Shown here piece after piece: positions 62,954 through 64,000 of a stretch of 64,000 nucleotides of DNA. Below the pieces are notes generated by a model that worked only from the letters and a program-made list of their open reading frames with translations, made no database searches and had not been told where the DNA came from. Numbering within the stretch: position 1 is the stretch's first letter; each line of letters begins with the position of its first letter. The DNA comes from Callorhinchus milii. Lineage: Eukaryota. The stretch covers positions 137,332,001 through 137,396,000 of the forward strand of contig NW_024704742.1 of assembly GCF_018977255.1 (NCBI RefSeq), in the 5' to 3' direction. The translations under genes and the position numbers were made by a program.

Positions 62954-64000
62954 CCTCAATATCTCTAGCTCATGTAATCACTGCATAACAGTTAAAAATC
63001 TATAGACTGCCACTGCAGAGAGAGGCAGCAGAAACAATATTTACAGGAGGGGATTTTCCCCCACACAAAAAAAAATGTCAACACCAAATACTGAAGAGGG
63101 GAAGAACGAAATAAAAACCAGACAATATATATATATATATATACTTTTTCTTCTTAAAAAAAATTCCATCATCAGTGCAATCCCACCAGGTCTTTGAAAC
63201 CGACACCCAGGATTACTGTGACTTGTTACCCCTGAACACGCCTGAACTCACAGTATTTCAGTTTGCCTATAATACGAAGCTTTGGAGGAGAAAAAGTACT
63301 TACAAGCACGTTCAACAGTTACCTGTGCTTTGTTCCTGCTGTGCCTTGTCCTTGGTTTAAAAAAAAACTCTCCAAAAGAATTCAGCCTCCGTGGATAAAT
63401 TTTAACAAAAGAATCTTTTTCTCTTCTCTTCCCCCCCTACAATTTTTTTTAAGACCTCTTCTCTCCCCTTCCCTCAAGACCCCCCACCTCCGGAAGGTTG
63501 AAATGCCTTCTCTTGTCTCTCCCTCTCTCTCCCGAGTTGGCTGATCTCAGTTGGAGGATTACAGTATATAGTTTGGGGCATAACACGTGCAAGCGACTGC
63601 CAGGATGGTGGTGGGTGAACTGGATGGACCTTGGTCTTCTTTTGTCTAGCAAATCCTTATGTTCTTATGTATGCAGTGAGTGGACCTCAGGACTCCAGAG
63701 GAAATAATCAGCCAGGATTCCGCATCTCAATCCTTGTTAAAACACTCTTGGGGATGGTGAGGGAGGGCAGTGGATGGGAGAAGAAAGCGTGTGAAGGAAC
63801 ATCTATCTCAGCTAATTTCAGTCCTCCTCTCACCCAAGGAGACTGCGGACTCGAACCCAGACACAGGGAGCTGTCCATGCATAGCGCATGCATATATATA
63901 TGTGTATTGGACTCGGTCTGGTTTGGAGAATTAGTGTTGGGTTTCCGCATGTGTCACATACCTGGCTGACCAACACGCCCCTCATTTACACACCCACATT

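Overview
Vertebrate genomic DNA, most likely from a cartilaginous fish (possibly a chimaera), judged from its SINE and LINE content. It holds two complete, convergently transcribed genes. On the + strand is a 41-coding-exon LOXHD1-family gene (538-48054; 7017-nt CDS, about 2338 aa, about 16 tandem PLAT repeats). It has an unusually long Lys/Glu-rich N-terminus and one GC-AG intron. On the - strand is an 8-coding-exon, compact and diverged RNF165/ARK2C-like RING-H2 E3 ligase gene (59336-51874; 903-nt CDS, 300 aa). This is the same gene pairing as in mammals. I assembled all exons by hand with consistent splice phases. Introns are dense with two tRNA-derived SINE families, L2 and CR1 LINE fragments, an unclassified poly(A)-tailed retroposon, a probable solo LTR, a hAT-like MITE and many mini/microsatellites. 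The most notable signals are candidate in-frame microexons in LOXHD1 intron 2, paired RFX X-boxes before exon 4, a 136-bp near-perfect inverted duplication, a dispersed CR1-derived minisatellite and an array of about 38 CCAAT boxes just upstream of the RNF165-like start codon. Comparisons with human proteins are from memory, not from a database search.
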